From NCBI GenBank assembly GCA_964016885.1, contig OZ024760.1, forward strand, positions 26,164,001-26,228,000: a stretch of 64,000 bases of DNA, written 5' to 3'. Source of the stretch: Eledone cirrhosa (taxonomy: Eukaryota). The translations under genes and the position numbers were made by a program. Of this stretch, positions 15,454-29,679 are shown piece by piece (the first letter of the stretch is position 1; each line of letters begins with the position of its first letter). The notes below the pieces were generated by a model. The model did no database searches. It was not told the DNA's origin and was given only the letters and a program-made list of their open reading frames with translations.

Positions 15454-16045
15454 TTGCGAAAGAATGTCATCTCGCTACTACCTCCCATGAGACACGATGG
15501 GATAGCTAGAACCATCTGGAACGCACTTCCGAAAACAAAATTAACAACAAACGAGGAAGAATATATTGAGACAGATGGCACTAAGGAATACTGGTGGAAC
15601 CTGAAAATAAAAATTGCCACCAAATTAAAGCCAACCGGCCTGATATTGTTGTTTGGGACCACACATTGAAAACGTGTTCTGTTGTGGAGATCAGCTGCCC
15701 ACTTGGTGTAAACGTTGTCAGAAAAATACAGGAAAAGGAGGACATCTACGGACCATTGATGAGGAGTTTACAAATCCAGTATCCAAGATACACCTTTAGC
15801 TTCATACCCATCATTATTGGAGCTACGGGTTATATACCAACCCGCTTGGACCAAAGTATGACTGAACTTGGATTTGCGGACAAAGAGCGCAGCTCCCTAA
15901 TTCATAGTCTACAAATGGCTGCGATAGCTGGCACCTTCAAAATTTGCGAAACATTCTTGCGATTCAAGGGATGACAATTTCTTTTCTTTTACAACCTTGC
16001 CACCAGGAAGGTGGCCGGTCAAAAAAATATACTCGAAATTAAGAG
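15454..16045 (+). mobile_element. RLE-domain 3' fragment of a second R4/Dong-like family
   Basis: MRHD..., NRPDIVVWD...VVEISCP...EKEDIYGPL...FIPIIIGATG; follows (CATA)n. Confidence 0.85.
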
Positions 16046-16230
16046 ATGCCCCGACAAAGGCTATAGGTCCTTCACTCCCAGTGGTTTAACCACGTGATCG
16101 GGTATTCAGCCCGACTATTTCTATTTCCCCGCGCATATTCATACACATGTATACATGTATATACATATACACATATATACACAAACATATATACATACAT
16201 ATATGCATACATACAAACATACATACATAC

Positions 16231-19200
16231 TAGACAGTCAACGCGATCAGTCGCATATTTTGGCGTGGGAGACTATTTATTAAATTTAAGATGAATACTA
16301 TCTCCGACAGTAATGCCACAACTACAGCTAGGTTGAATAACTGGTTATTCTTCTAACTATCCCTTCTGAAGACACCTTTTATTCGAATTCGTAGAGATAT
16401 CCGACTAAATACATAATTCATTTTACAAGGATTTGCTACAAACAGCATGGCTGAACACAACATCAACAAGAAAATTAAGGAAGTACCGAAGACAAATAAC
16501 AAGGAAGGTAATCAAACTTTATTCAGTTGTAGCTACAGAAGAAACCGAAATTATAAATCGCATTTCTCTTGGAGTTGCGAACTTAATAATGATTTATTTA
16601 ATTGTTATAAAATGGCAAAAAACAATCCCTCCATTGGCTATATGAATAGAATGAAGCTACACTGGGACGAAATACACCCAGAGCTAAATTATTTCACAGC
16701 GAAACAATTACGCCAACAAGCGACGTTTGTTGAACGTAAAAATAAGATAAATATTATTAATTGTAAGTCCCTAACAACAAACATGTTATCAACAACACGT
16801 GCTACAGGTTGCCATGCTACTAGACTTCCTAGCAGCCAGGTCGAACAACGCCTTGAACAACTATGCCTGTAAGAACAACTATGCCTGTAAGAAACTTGAC
16901 ACCACCTGTACCATCTAAGTCTACCTCGAATGCTGGGGAAAACACTATCGATAATAATAATAATCGAATAAATGTGACACCACGTGTACCATCCGAGTCT
17001 ACCTCGACTGTTGTGGAAAATACTATCGATAATGATAATGAAAAGTATAAACAATTGAAAATTTCCCTCAACGAAATCTTCCAGAGAGAAATTAACTCAT
17101 GTATACATATCTCTCTTGGTGAACGTGTTAAAACGACAATGGTGAATAAAAAAACTAATAATGAAATACTACGTGTTATTGACGAAATAGAGGATGAATA
17201 TTTACGACGGATAAAAACCCCAACATTTTGGCAAATCAACGCCTGTTTATATGCCTTAGCATCGACAGTGAAGCATTATCTTGGTGATAGCAGAGATATT
17301 AACAAGAACAAAACACCACCAAAAGTACCATCATATATAACTAAAATAGAAAAAAAGAGTGCTGACATACGAAAAAACATAGGATATGTGACAATGCTCC
17401 TTACATGCAAACAAACACAAAAAAACCTCACTCCTCACCAACGAAGAGTGAAAAATAAAGTAGAGACGATGTTTGGTAACAGTAGAACCAGAACTCTCCA
17501 ATATAAGCTGATCACCCTCAAACAAGAATTGAGAGCTGTTAGCGAAAAACGCCGATACCTGAAGGAAGTAGATGAGAGAAAAGTGCTTAATAAAAGATTC
17601 AGACGAAACCAAACTAAGTCTATAGAGATATGAAGGGCAAAATAATAAGTGTCACTGAGGTCCCATCCCAGAAAGACATAGATTCCTTTTGGAGAAAAAT
17701 ATGGGATGAAAAGACGAATTTCAACCAAGATGCAGTGTGGCTAAGAAAAATCCGACTACACTACAACAAAAACATACGAAAACATACGAAATAAGTGAGG
17801 GTACCCTTGAGACTGTGATAGGAAAACTCCAAGATAAGAAAACACCAGGAAGAGACATGATTGTCGGCTACTGGTACACAAATCTGATATTCTATCGGAG
17901 GTATCTTACTGACCTCTACCAACAAGTTCTTAAGAGAGATACACTTATACCAGAATGGTTGACATTAGCACAAACATTACTGGTCCCCAAGAACAAAGAC
18001 AGCCACTTGGTAAAAAAACTACCGACCCATTGCATGCCAGAACCTGATGTATAAGATGTATACAGCCTGCCTGAACCTATTCCTCCAAGATCACTGTGAA
18101 AATAATAACATCATCACATATGAACAAGCAGCTGGAAAGAAAGGGGTTTGGGGATGTGCTGATCAACTCCTTATCAACAAAACTGCGATGTCGGAGGTGC
18201 GACAACTTAGGAGGAATATGACTACAGTCTGGCTGGACTACAGGAAAGCTTTCGATTCTGTTCCCCACTCTTGGATGATAGAGGCCCTCCAACTTGCTAA
18301 AGTCCCAGACATAATTGTCAGAGCCATAGAGAGGCTGTCTTCTTCTTGGGCTACTATCCTAAGGTTAAAGACAGAGAGGGAGGACTCTATTTTCACTGAT
18401 AAAATAAAATATTGCAGGGGTATATTTCAGGGGGACAGTCTCTCTGTGATATTATTCAGCTTGTCATTAAACCCCTTGTCCTTTCTGCTCATTGGCTCAC
18501 AGGAGGACAGAAATACGAACCTAACCCATAATTTCTTTGTGGACGATCTGAAACTCTATGCCAAGAACATGGATGGGATGAAGAAAAATCTTGACCTGGT
18601 TACAACGTTCTCAAAGAATATAGGAATGGAGTTTGGCCAAGATAAATGCTCATACATGACTGTAAAGCGAGGAAAAACAACAACCCAATCTAGCAACATT
18701 GTCATCAATGGCCTAACTGTTTCACCGATATCTGATGAGGACTGCTACAGATACCTGGGGATAGATGTGAACATATCCTATAATGGTATCTGTAATAAAG
18801 AACGCGTAACCAGGGAATACTACACCCGATTAAGAAAAATCTGGTCATCGAAACTTCCACATCAACAGTGACATAGACCGCCTTTACTTGAAACGTAAGC
18901 AGGGAGGCAGAGGCCTAACATCAGTCCAGACAACATTTGAATGTCGCATCATATCTCTCCAACAACATTTACGAACTTCGAAGCGTAGGAGCCCATTTCT
19001 CGAGCAAGTCTATCTGCATGAAACAGATAAGATCATGAGAGTTGGGAAGGAACTCCTTGAGAGATATTCTCTGTGTGATAATCAAAAACTCACACCCAGG
19101 GATGTCGCTCAGCAATATCGCAGTGAATCCATGGATGAAAAACTGCATGCCTATCAGCAAAAAATCATGCATGGATATGTTGCCAGGAAGCTCCAGAGTG

Positions 19201-20213
19201 AGAGTAAGATAGATAAGGAAAGTAGTCTATCTTGGACCAACAACCGCTATATTGGCTCCCACTTTGAAGGATACGCTTTTGCAATCCAGGAACAGGAGAT
19301 TAGTACGAAATACCTGATTCACAAAAGAGATAGGGATGCAGGCAAAACACCTAGATGTGATAACAAGTGCAGACTCTGCAGAACTAACATCGAGGATATC
19401 ACCAATGTCATCAGCAGCTGTCCAAAGATTACATCGCGGTACTATCTACCTATGAGGCATGATGTAGTGGCCAAAACACTCTACAATGCAGTTCGTAAAA
19501 AAGATAGCCCCGATAATAAACACATTAAAAGCTACAACAATGTGGAAGACATTCATGTACATAATATGAAAGAGTACTGGTGGAATGTTCCAGTAAAAAC
19601 CCCAATAAAATGCAGGCATAACAGACCAGATATTATTATATGGGACAGGGAGAAGAAAACATGCACAGTAGTGGAAATTAGCTGCCCAGCAGATGCCAAT
19701 ATAATATCAAAGATTAGTGAAAAGGAGAATATTTATGCAGAACTGATGATAAATCTGCAGATACTCCACCCTGATTACACCTTCAGATTTATACCTGTGA
19801 TTATTGGGGCACAGGGATATGTTAGTAACTGCCTCAATACAAATCTTGAGAAGCTAGGCTTCACAGGAACAGAAAGAACACAACTAGTTAGAAAATTACA
19901 AGTACAATCCATTAATGGAACAGTAAAAATATGTAAAACATTCCAAAAATGTTGCATCTAATAACTTCATAGACACATGTACAGATACAAAGCATATACA
20001 CATGCACACATACAACTCAAAACATCCACATCCACACATACAATAACATCCATATCTACACATGCATGCATACATACATATCTACCTAGTTGATGTTCTG
20101 TAAATTCCAATGAGAGAGTCTTGTGTCTATGTTAGAAACCGACTCTCTCTCTATTGGTAAAACCGAATCTCACTCTATTGGTAAAACTTTGTGAAATTAT
20201 AAAACCAGAAGAA
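16231..20213 (+). mobile_element. Near full-length R4/Dong-like non-LTR retrotransposon (RT, CCHC, restriction-like endonuclease), frameshifted
   Basis: ORF pieces 16447-19961: EQAA.KKG, WLDYRKAFDSVPH, GIFQGDSLS, FVDDLKLY, YRYLG, GGRGL, CRLC...SSC, RHD, RPD..VVEISCP..EKENIY; both ends abut (CATA)n. Confidence 0.9.
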
Positions 20214-20261
20214 CATACATACAAACATACATATAAACATACATACATATATATATATATG

Positions 20262-20846
20262 TGTCTCGTTACTACCTCCCTATTAGACACGATTTGATAG
20301 CTAGAACGATCTGGAATGCATTTAGGAAAACAAAATTAAAAACAAATGAAGAGGAATATGTTGAGATAGATGGCACTCAGGAATACTGGTGGAACCTGGA
20401 AATAAATCTGCCACCAAATTAAAGCACAACCTGCCTGATATTGTTGTTTGGGACCACACATTGAAGACGTGATCTGTTGTAGAGATCAGCTGCCCACTTG
20501 ACATCTACGTTGTAAGAAAAATACAAGAGTAGGAGGACATGTACGGACCATTGATGAGGAGTTTGCAGATCCAGTATCCAAGATACACCTTCAGCTTCAT
20601 ACCCATCATTATTGGAGCTACAGTTTATATACCATCCCGCTTGGAGCAAAGTTTATCTGAACTTGTATTTGTGGACAAAGAGCGCAGCTCCCTAATTCAT
20701 AGACTACAAATGGCTGCCATAGCTGGCACCTTCAAAATTTGCAAAACATTCTTGCGATTCAAGTAATGACAATTTATTTTCTTTTACAATATTTTCCACC
20801 AGGAAGGTGGCCAGTAAAAATTGTACTCGAAATTAAAAGAAAGAGA
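20262..20846 (+). mobile_element. Second copy of the 15454-16045 RLE 3' fragment
   Basis: Colinear with 15465-16040; followed by (CATA)n. Confidence 0.85.
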
Positions 20847-20907
20847 AATATACATATATATATATACATACATACATACATACATACATACATACATACA
20901 TACATAC

Positions 20908-21600
20908 TTAACGCCTGTTTATATGCCCTAGCAACGACAGTGAAACATTATCTTGGTGATAACATAGACATTAACAAGAACAAAACACCAAAAATAGCAT
21001 TATATATAATTAAAATCGAATAAAAGGTTTCTGACCTACGAAAAACTATAAGATATGTGACAATGCTCCTTACATGCAAACGAAAACCAAAAATCTTCAA
21101 TCCTCATCAACAAAGAGGGAAAAATAAAATAGAAACGTAGTTTGGTGACAGTACAACCAGGACACTTCAATATAATTTGGTCACCCTCAAACAAGAATTT
21201 AGAGCTTTCAGCGAAAAGCTTTGATACCAGAAGAGGGTAGATGAAAGAAAAGTAATTAATAAAGGATTCAGACGAAACCAAACATCAGTATATAGGGATA
21301 TAAAGGACGAAGTAATAAATGTTACTGAGGCCCCATCTCAGAAAGACATAATTTCCTTCTGGAGAAAAATATGGGGTGAAAATATGAATTTCAACCAAGA
21401 TGCAGTGTGGCTCACAAAAGTCCAAAAGAACTACTCCTCCTACACAGCAACAACATCATACGTAATATGAAGTTACCCTTGAGACTGTGATAGGAAAACT
21501 CCAAGATAAGAAAATACCAGGAAGAGACTTGATTGTCGGCTACTGGTACAAAAAACTGATATCCTATCGGATGTATCTTATTGACCTCTACTCGAAAAAT
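20908..21600 (+). mobile_element. Decayed internal fragment of the R4/Dong-like element
   Basis: Colinear with about 17238-17920 (NACLYALA.TVKHYLGD...KLQDKK.PGRD); many stops. Confidence 0.85.
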
Positions 21601-21654
21601 TCAACCAAGGAAACAATGTTTCTATTGGTCTTTCCACTGTTGATTTATCAAACA

Positions 21655-22605
21655 CTAGCAGTAAAGCCCGGCGTTGCTCGGGGTCGCTCAGTAGCCGTGT
21701 TAAAGTTACAATGTTAAGTTTCTTTCTTGGCTTAAAAACTGTAGTGTCTACTGTGCAGACTTGCATGTGGTGTTTTTGATTAATATTCCCTCAACCAACA
21801 ATATGCCTTATGAAGTTAAGAAAACATAACGATAACCCGAATGTTATAACAAAAGAGGATGCTGGGGATAGAAACTGCACTGGTTATTTATTAACAAAGA
21901 TCGAAAATGTAAACACTGCAACGCAGAGAAAAACATTAGCGTAACCAAATTATCAGTTATGTCTGTCTGCACGCCTATATCACCTCTCTGCACGACTGTC
22001 TGTCTGCACGCCTATATCACCTCTCTGCACGACTGTCTGTCTGCACGCCTATATCACCTCTCTGCACGACTGTCTGTCTGCACGCCTATATCACCTCTCT
22101 GCACGACTGTCTGTCTGCACGCGTATATCACCTCTCTGCACGACTGTCTGTCTGCACGACTGTCTGTCTGCACGCCTAACGACGAAATATTTGCTTGTTT
22201 TACGTAGTCTTTAAATAGACTTGTTTTCAAGTAAAAATATTGTTTTAAAATGCTTTTAAATGGAAATGAAGCAAAACGGAAGCTTAGTGTTCGAACTGAT
22301 GAATTTTGCAGGTCAATATTTTGCTGGCTCGAAAACTGTTAAAGCCAGCGTAATTTTTTACGTAAGACGCTCAATGTAAACAGAACAAAGGGAAATAACT
22401 GATAACTTACGCTCAAAAATCGATACATTATATTCGATTTCGTCACATAGGGTGGGTCAATTTGAAATTTTTTTTTTCCGATGTCTTCGCTAGGGCTCAA
22501 TGTAGAAGTATAGCAATTTCGGTGCAATTCCGTGAGAGATTCTAAGAGGAGATGTGTGCCAAAAATCGATAGACAGACAGACAACCACAGTTTTATATAT
22601 ATAGA
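21655..22605 (-). mobile_element. Non-autonomous Helitron
   Basis: Minus strand begins A|TCTATATATATAAAAC...GTCTGTCTGTC and ends with hairpin CCCGAGCAACGCCGGG then CTAG|T. Confidence 0.85.
21960..22177. repeat. 37-bp minisatellite inside the Helitron (about 5 copies)
   Basis: Unit TGTCTGTCTGCACGCCTATATCACCTCTCTGCACGAC. Confidence 0.95.
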
Positions 22606-22678
22606 TTAGAATTTGAGTGATGTCATTCACTATTACTAAAGATAATAAACCAACTTTGGCATTCCATCTGGCGATGGA

Positions 22679-23395
22679 GTTGACCTATACTAAAGAGCTT
22701 CACTGATAGGGTTATGTGTGTTATAATTTCCCGGTTGACCTATACTAAAGGGCTTCACTGATAGGGTTATGTGTGTTATAATTTCCCAGTTGACCTATAC
22801 TAAAGGGCTTCACTGATAGGGTTATGTGTGTTATAATTTCCCAGTTAACCTATACTAAAGGGCTTCACTGATAGGGTTATGTGTGTTATAATTTCCCAGT
22901 TGACCTATACTAAAGGGCTTCACCGATAGGGTTATGTGTGTTATAATTTCCCAGTTAACCTATACTAAAGGGCTTCACTTATAGGGTTATGTGTGTTATA
23001 ATTTCCCGGTTGACCTATACTAAAGGGCTTCACTGATAGGGTTATGTGTGTTATAATTTCCCAGTTGACCTATACTAAAGGGCTTCACCGATAGGGTTAT
23101 GTGTGTTATAATTTCCCAGTTAACCTATACTAAAGGGCTTCACTGATAGGGTTATATGTGTTATAATTTCCCGGTTGACCTATACTGAAGGGCTTCACTG
23201 ATAGGGCTATGTGTGTTATAATTTCCCGGTTGACCTATACTAAAGGGCTTCACTGATAGGGCTATGTGTGTTATAATTTCCCAGTTAACCTATACTAAAG
23301 GGCTTCACTGATAGGGTTATATGTGTTATAATTTCCCGGCTGACCTATACTAAAGGGCTTCACTGATAGGGTTGTGTGTGTTATAATTTCCCAGT
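22679..23395. repeat. 55-bp tandem minisatellite, about 13 copies
   Basis: Unit GTTGACCTATACTAAAGGGCTTCACTGATAGGGTTATGTGTGTTATAATTTCCCA. Confidence 0.97.
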
Positions 23396-23908
23396 TCCAT
23401 CTTATGGAAAGAAGTTGTGGTGAATCTTTGGAATAGTGCTTAATAAATATTAATGGCCCTAATAGTTGTTCCAATGTTCAAAAGTGGGCCACCAATGGAA
23501 TATCTTGTACACCCCTGCTCTAAAGTACTAACAATGCTGTCAATTAACCTCCTTATGTTAATGTATGACCAGGAGGTAAACATTGCACTTGTGTTTGGAG
23601 GTTATTGGTGATAGACAGAAAGTTAAGGATATAGCTATCGTATGGAGGATATATATATAAACACTATATATATATAAAAGGAACGATCGACCTTTTTGTC
23701 AAATCGGACCGAGGGAACAATGTTTCCGTTGGTCTTTCCAATTGCTAATACTATCTATCGGTCGCAACTCCAGGTAGAAGGAGCAACGTGAAATAAAGTG
23801 TCTTGCTCAAGGACATAACGCATCGCCTGGTCCAGGTTCTTATATATTTGATATATATTTATCCTTATCGAGCCCTCTTTGGATTTTAGTCTTCAAATTT
23901 ATTATTAT

Positions 23909-23968
<60 letters not shown>

Positions 23969-24265
23969 ATAATAATAAATTTGAAGACTAAAATCCAAAG
24001 AGGGCTCGATAAGGATAAATATATATCAAATATATAAGAACCGAAGAGATTAAAGTTTAAGCAAAGAATCGCTGCTTTCACCCTTAACGGGATCTTCTGA
24101 AACTAAAAAAGTCAATCTATGAACGGGTAAGTAAATATTTGCTCTACGGTTCTTATATATTTTGATATATATTTATCCTTATCGAGCCCTCTTTGGATTT
24201 TAGTCTTCAAATTTATTATTATTACTATATATATATATATATATATATATTTGTATTTATATATA

Positions 24266-24310
<45 letters not shown>

Positions 24311-24432
24311 GTGTGTATGTTTGTGTCTGCATGTGTGTGTTGACGTATGTGCAAGTACATATATATATATAATTATATATATATATACATATATATTATA
24401 TATACATTGTGTGTTTGTTTGTGTGTGCGTGT

Positions 24433-24492
<60 letters not shown>

Positions 24493-24704
24493 GTGTGTGT
24501 ACATACATATATATATATATATGTGTGTGTATGTATGCGTGCATGTGTGTATATGTATGTATGTGCGCGTGCGTGTGTGTGTATTTGTGGGGTGGGGTAT
24601 ATATTTATTTCTCACAAATTCCATGCCATTTCTCTTTTGTAACAATAATTCATTCATAACACACCATCTTTACATCATCGTTTGCGGAACACACACACAA
24701 ACAC

Positions 24705-24814
<110 letters not shown>

Positions 24815-24994
24815 ACACACACACACACATATACGTGTGAGTGTGTACTGTTTATTGAGCGACGCCACTTTATCAGTTGATGTGATGGTGACGAGAAAGT
24901 ATTTTCATTTAAAAAGTTTACGGTCGTCGGTAAACTAGTTACACAAGTATTTTTGTTCCTATGTTTATACATATATATGTGTATATACATACAT

Positions 24995-25160
<166 letters not shown>

Positions 25161-25243
25161 ACGCACATATATATATAGTTTTAATATAGATGAGATTCTA
25201 CAGGACTAGAACTGTTTCATTCTTTAGAAATCATCAGGAATCA

Positions 25244-25296
25244 GAGATTCCTGATGATTTCTAAAGAATGAAACAGTTCTAGTCCTGTAGAATCTC
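25244..25296 (+). ncRNA. Type I hammerhead motif (mirror copy on minus at about 25192-25242)
   Basis: GAGATTC-CTGATGA-TTTCTAAAGAAT-GAAA-CAG..CTG-TA-GAATCTC. Confidence 0.82.
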
Positions 25297-25377
25297 ATCT
25301 ATATTAAAACTTTTATACTCTGCAATGTATTGAGTACCTTACTTACTGTGGTTACCTCCGATTCAACCCGGAATAAC

Positions 25378-25418
<41 letters not shown>

Positions 25419-25472
25419 AATATATATATATATACATGTATTATATATGTATTTATATACAATATACGTATA

Positions 25473-25533
<61 letters not shown>

Positions 25534-26132
25534 GTGTGTATAACATATACAAACGTGTCATGTCACTAAGTAACCATCACACTACATCCCATCAACCCTT
25601 TCCTTACACCACATCTTTTTCTTTAATCTTTCTTCTTGTTTTTCCTCCACGTTTTCTTCTTTGCCGTAAGAATTGTTGGTCCATTTTTTTTTCTTCTCTT
25701 TATAAGGATAAAAATGGCGCAATAGTAAAAAGTACACATTTACTATTGTATTGAAATAAAAAATAAAAAATTGAACAACAAAATCTCAGCCACAAATCAC
25801 ACGGTGATAATATGTTAGCCCTATTTATAAAAGCGGCCCTTAATCAATTTGACAGTTATAAATAGTTTACATTTAATTATTCATGGTTTTTAGAGAAAAT
25901 GTCTGGAAGAGAAACGCGACGTTTCAAAGCGTTTTTGTCTTGATTTTTTTGCGGGGTGGGGGTGGGGGTAAGGGGTAAGTTGGGGAAGTATATACATATA
26001 CATATATATATGCGTGTGTGTGTGTGTGTGTACACACACACACACACATATATATATATTATTATTAATATTCGAAAAACTCAGATTTCATTTATTGTAT
26101 TCAGCCATGTAAAGCGAAATAAAGTTTTCTTT

Positions 26133-26258
<126 letters not shown>

Positions 26259-26438
26259 TATATAAAAAAGAAAACTTTATTACGCTTTACATGGCTGAAT
26301 ACAATAAATGTAATCTGAGTTTTACGAATATTAATAATAACATTCGATTCATTTGCAATTATGCAAACAACCCTCTATTTTATAGCCATGTCAGTAGAAT
26401 GAACCTTTCATTCTTGCTCTTGTGTTGGTATGTAAACA

Positions 26439-26487
26439 GAACTGCAGACACTAATGTTTCTGGGTATATCCTTCATCAGTACAGCTC
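26439..26487 (-). ncRNA. Type I hammerhead motif
   Basis: GAGCTGTA-CTGATGA-AGGATATACCCA-GAAA-CATTAGTG-TC-TGCAGTTC. Confidence 0.8.
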
Positions 26488-26579
26488 ACTATTCACCTGC
26501 CAAACAGTCAGAGCTAGTGAAAATATATGCTATTTTCAAAAATAAACAGTGCCTGATCGGCCTGATTTGCATATTAGCA

Positions 26580-27960
26580 ACGTGAAGACGAAAACCTCCA
26601 ACAAAGCATATATAGGATTAACCGCTTGTGACTTTAAGACCCGGCTCTACCAACACAGGACACACGTTCCGAAACACGGCCCGGCGACATGCCACTACAC
26701 TTTCGGGCCATATATGGGACCTCCAAGATAATGACATAACATACAATCTTACTTGGAGCTTATTGTCCAGAGCTAACTCTTACACGGGAGGACGCCGTCA
26801 GTGTAACTTATGCTCGGAGGAAATATGACAAATGCTGTTTATGAAGGACCAACTCCTAAACAAAAAAGACGAACTTGTAACTGCATGCAAACACCGATTG
26901 CGTAGGACTTACCTCGCCCCCAAACCCCCTCATGACCCGAGTGGGTAGACAATGGCTGCAACATGCTCCTTTTCCCCACTTGCCGAACAAGATAGGGGAA
27001 ACCCCAGTTAACATAGGTAGATGAAATTCTTTTCTTTTCCGTTTTATTTTCTTCTTCCCTCTATCTCTTCCTATCACTTCCTTCCACTCCCTATCTTCTT
27101 CCTTTTACTTTTCCCCCTTTCTCCTCCCCCGAGGTAACCCATCGGGCTTCTGTAGCCTCAGTACACCCACCCCAGTAATTTATATATAGCATTGGCCGAA
27201 AACGCAATACAAACTAATTATAGCAGCGGTTTTAGACCCTAGAGATTTTTTATTACTTTTTACTATCCGATTCTATAATTTTATACATTTTTTATTTATT
27301 TATTATCTTCAAATCTCAATTTATTAACCTATCTTATAGCATTGGCCGAAAACGTAATACCTACTAAATATAGCAGCTGTTTTAGACTCTAGAGATTTTT
27401 TATTACTAATTACTATCCAATTTGATATTTTTATATATTTTTTATTTATTTATTATCTTCTAATCTCATTTTATCAACCTAATCTATAACGCTACCTCTC
27501 TATTTTCTGCAGAATCTCTTTTCGCCTGCTTCCTATCTAGCCTATTTTCATACACAATGTTTAGAATTTGCTGTATAGAAGTCACTTTCAACGCTTGACC
27601 GGCTCCACTCCCTCCCTCATTGTTCTACAGGCAAGTTCAGCCACCCCAACCCCCACCCACTGCCATGAAAGACTTAATTGTGTTTACAACAAATTTTGAC
27701 CAATCCTCTTGACAACTACAATCTTCCCATATAAGGAATTACCCCTTGAAAAGTTCGGCTATTTATTTACCACGCTAAAAATTTTAATTTCGTCCAGAAA
27801 TAGCCGTCGAACCGGCTTGAGTTCTGCCGTCGGGGTCTAACATTTTCCAATATAAATATATATATAGTAATAATAATAAATGTGAATACTAAAATCCAAA
27901 GAGGGCTCGATAAGGATAAATATATATCAAATATATAAGAACCGTAGACCAAATATTTAT
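26580..27960 (+). mobile_element. Penelope-like element 3' fragment (GIY-YIG remnant plus pLTR)
   Basis: KAYIGLTACDFKTRLYQH, TTLSGHIWDL, YNLTWSLL.RA.SY..G.RQCNLCSEE; about 150-bp tandem duplication at 27185/27335; degenerate hammerhead at 27741-27837. Confidence 0.82.
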
Positions 27961-28797
27961 TAAAATAACAGATTAAAGTTTAAGCAAAGAATCGCTGCTT
28001 TCGCCCTTAACCGGATCTTCTGAAGATCTTTACTTAAACTTTAATCTGTTATTTTAATAAATAAATAAATAAATATATATGTATATATATATATATATAA
28101 ATCAGGAAAGAAGTGTGACACGGTTTGCTATACAAAAAAGCTCCGATGAACTGACAGGTTATAACTTTGTATTGGCGATCGAGTAACGTGAAAATAAGCG
28201 GATAGCGATCTCTAGACCTACCAGTTCTGAGAAACAATTGTCAGCAATGAGATTAAAAACCTTTTTTGTATAGCAAACCGTGTCACTCTTCTTTCCTGAT
28301 TTATCATTACTCCAAGTGTTTACAACATAGAAATTACCGCGTACTCGCAGCATCACTATGGAAACGCCTTGTTGAGTCAAACTTAGCCAAGCGTTGATAT
28401 CATCCACTACCCGGAGTACCATAACTGGACTACACCTAAGTGGACTGCATATAACAATTATTTCTTACCCCATATACATATATATATATATATATTAAAA
28501 TAACAGATTAAAGTTTAAGCAAAGAATCGCTGCTTTCACCCTTAACGGGATCTTTTGAAATATATATATATATATATATATATAGGACCTGTTATTTTTA
28601 TCTAAAAACATGTCTTCCAATTCCAACCCACCCGTCCCTTCATGATAAAAACATTTATATGAAAATCATTTTATCTGCTGTCAACATTCATTCTACTGGA
28701 GTCTGGGATCTGGGATCTGGGATCTGGGAGCTTGGGTCTAGCGTCTAGAGTCTCCAGGATGCTACTGTGCCCTGGACATATGCGAGTGTGCGGTCCG

Positions 28798-28857
<60 letters not shown>

Positions 28858-29011
28858 CATATATATATATGTATATGATAATAAGGGCGCTGCGGAGTTG
28901 CAAATGGGTTATATATGAAAAAAGTTTGTCCTTCATCAGTGATCTTCCAACTATCATAAAGCGATGAAATGCCTATGATAGTTGGAAGATCACTGATGAA
29001 GGACAAACTTT

Positions 29012-29066
<55 letters not shown>

Positions 29067-29274
29067 CACACAGAGTATTAGGTAGATAAATACAGTTACA
29101 TGCATATATACACACATACACATAGATGCGTGTGTATCTGTCTGTCTGACTGTGTGTGTGTGTATGTGTGTATGTGTGTGTGTGTGAAAAAGAGAGAGAG
29201 AGAATGAAAGAAAGAGAGAGAGAGAAAAGAGAGAGGGAGAAGAATTGGAGAAAGATGGGGCAGACGGATGTGGT

Positions 29275-29361
<87 letters not shown>

Positions 29362-29679
29362 GAGATAGGAGTGGAGAGAGAGGGAGAGAGAAAGAGTGGA
29401 GAGAGCAGGAGTGACAGGAGTGGTGGAGAGAAAGAAAGTGAGAGAGGCAGAGAGAGAGAGAGAGAGAGAGGGAGAGGGTGAGGGAGAGTGAGAAAGAGAT
29501 AGACTGGTATAACAACTATATAAATAACGATGACACATATTCCAATGAATCTTTAAAGAAGAAACCTGTAACCTTGTCAGAAGTTTTTAACCTTTTTTAT
29601 ATAGAAAAAATAGCGACTGCGGCATAGTAAGAACGTTTCTCAATGTTCCTAATGGCTTTGTTTGATTGGCCTTGGCCCA

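Noticed and set aside
15454-20846. LTR retrotransposon (direct repeats around an RT)
   Set aside because: The repeats are RLE coding fragments without TG..CA ends, PBS or PPT, and the RT is non-LTR type.
22679-23395. CRISPR-like regular array
   Set aside because: Head-to-tail 55-bp units with no unique spacers; eukaryotic context and no cas genes.
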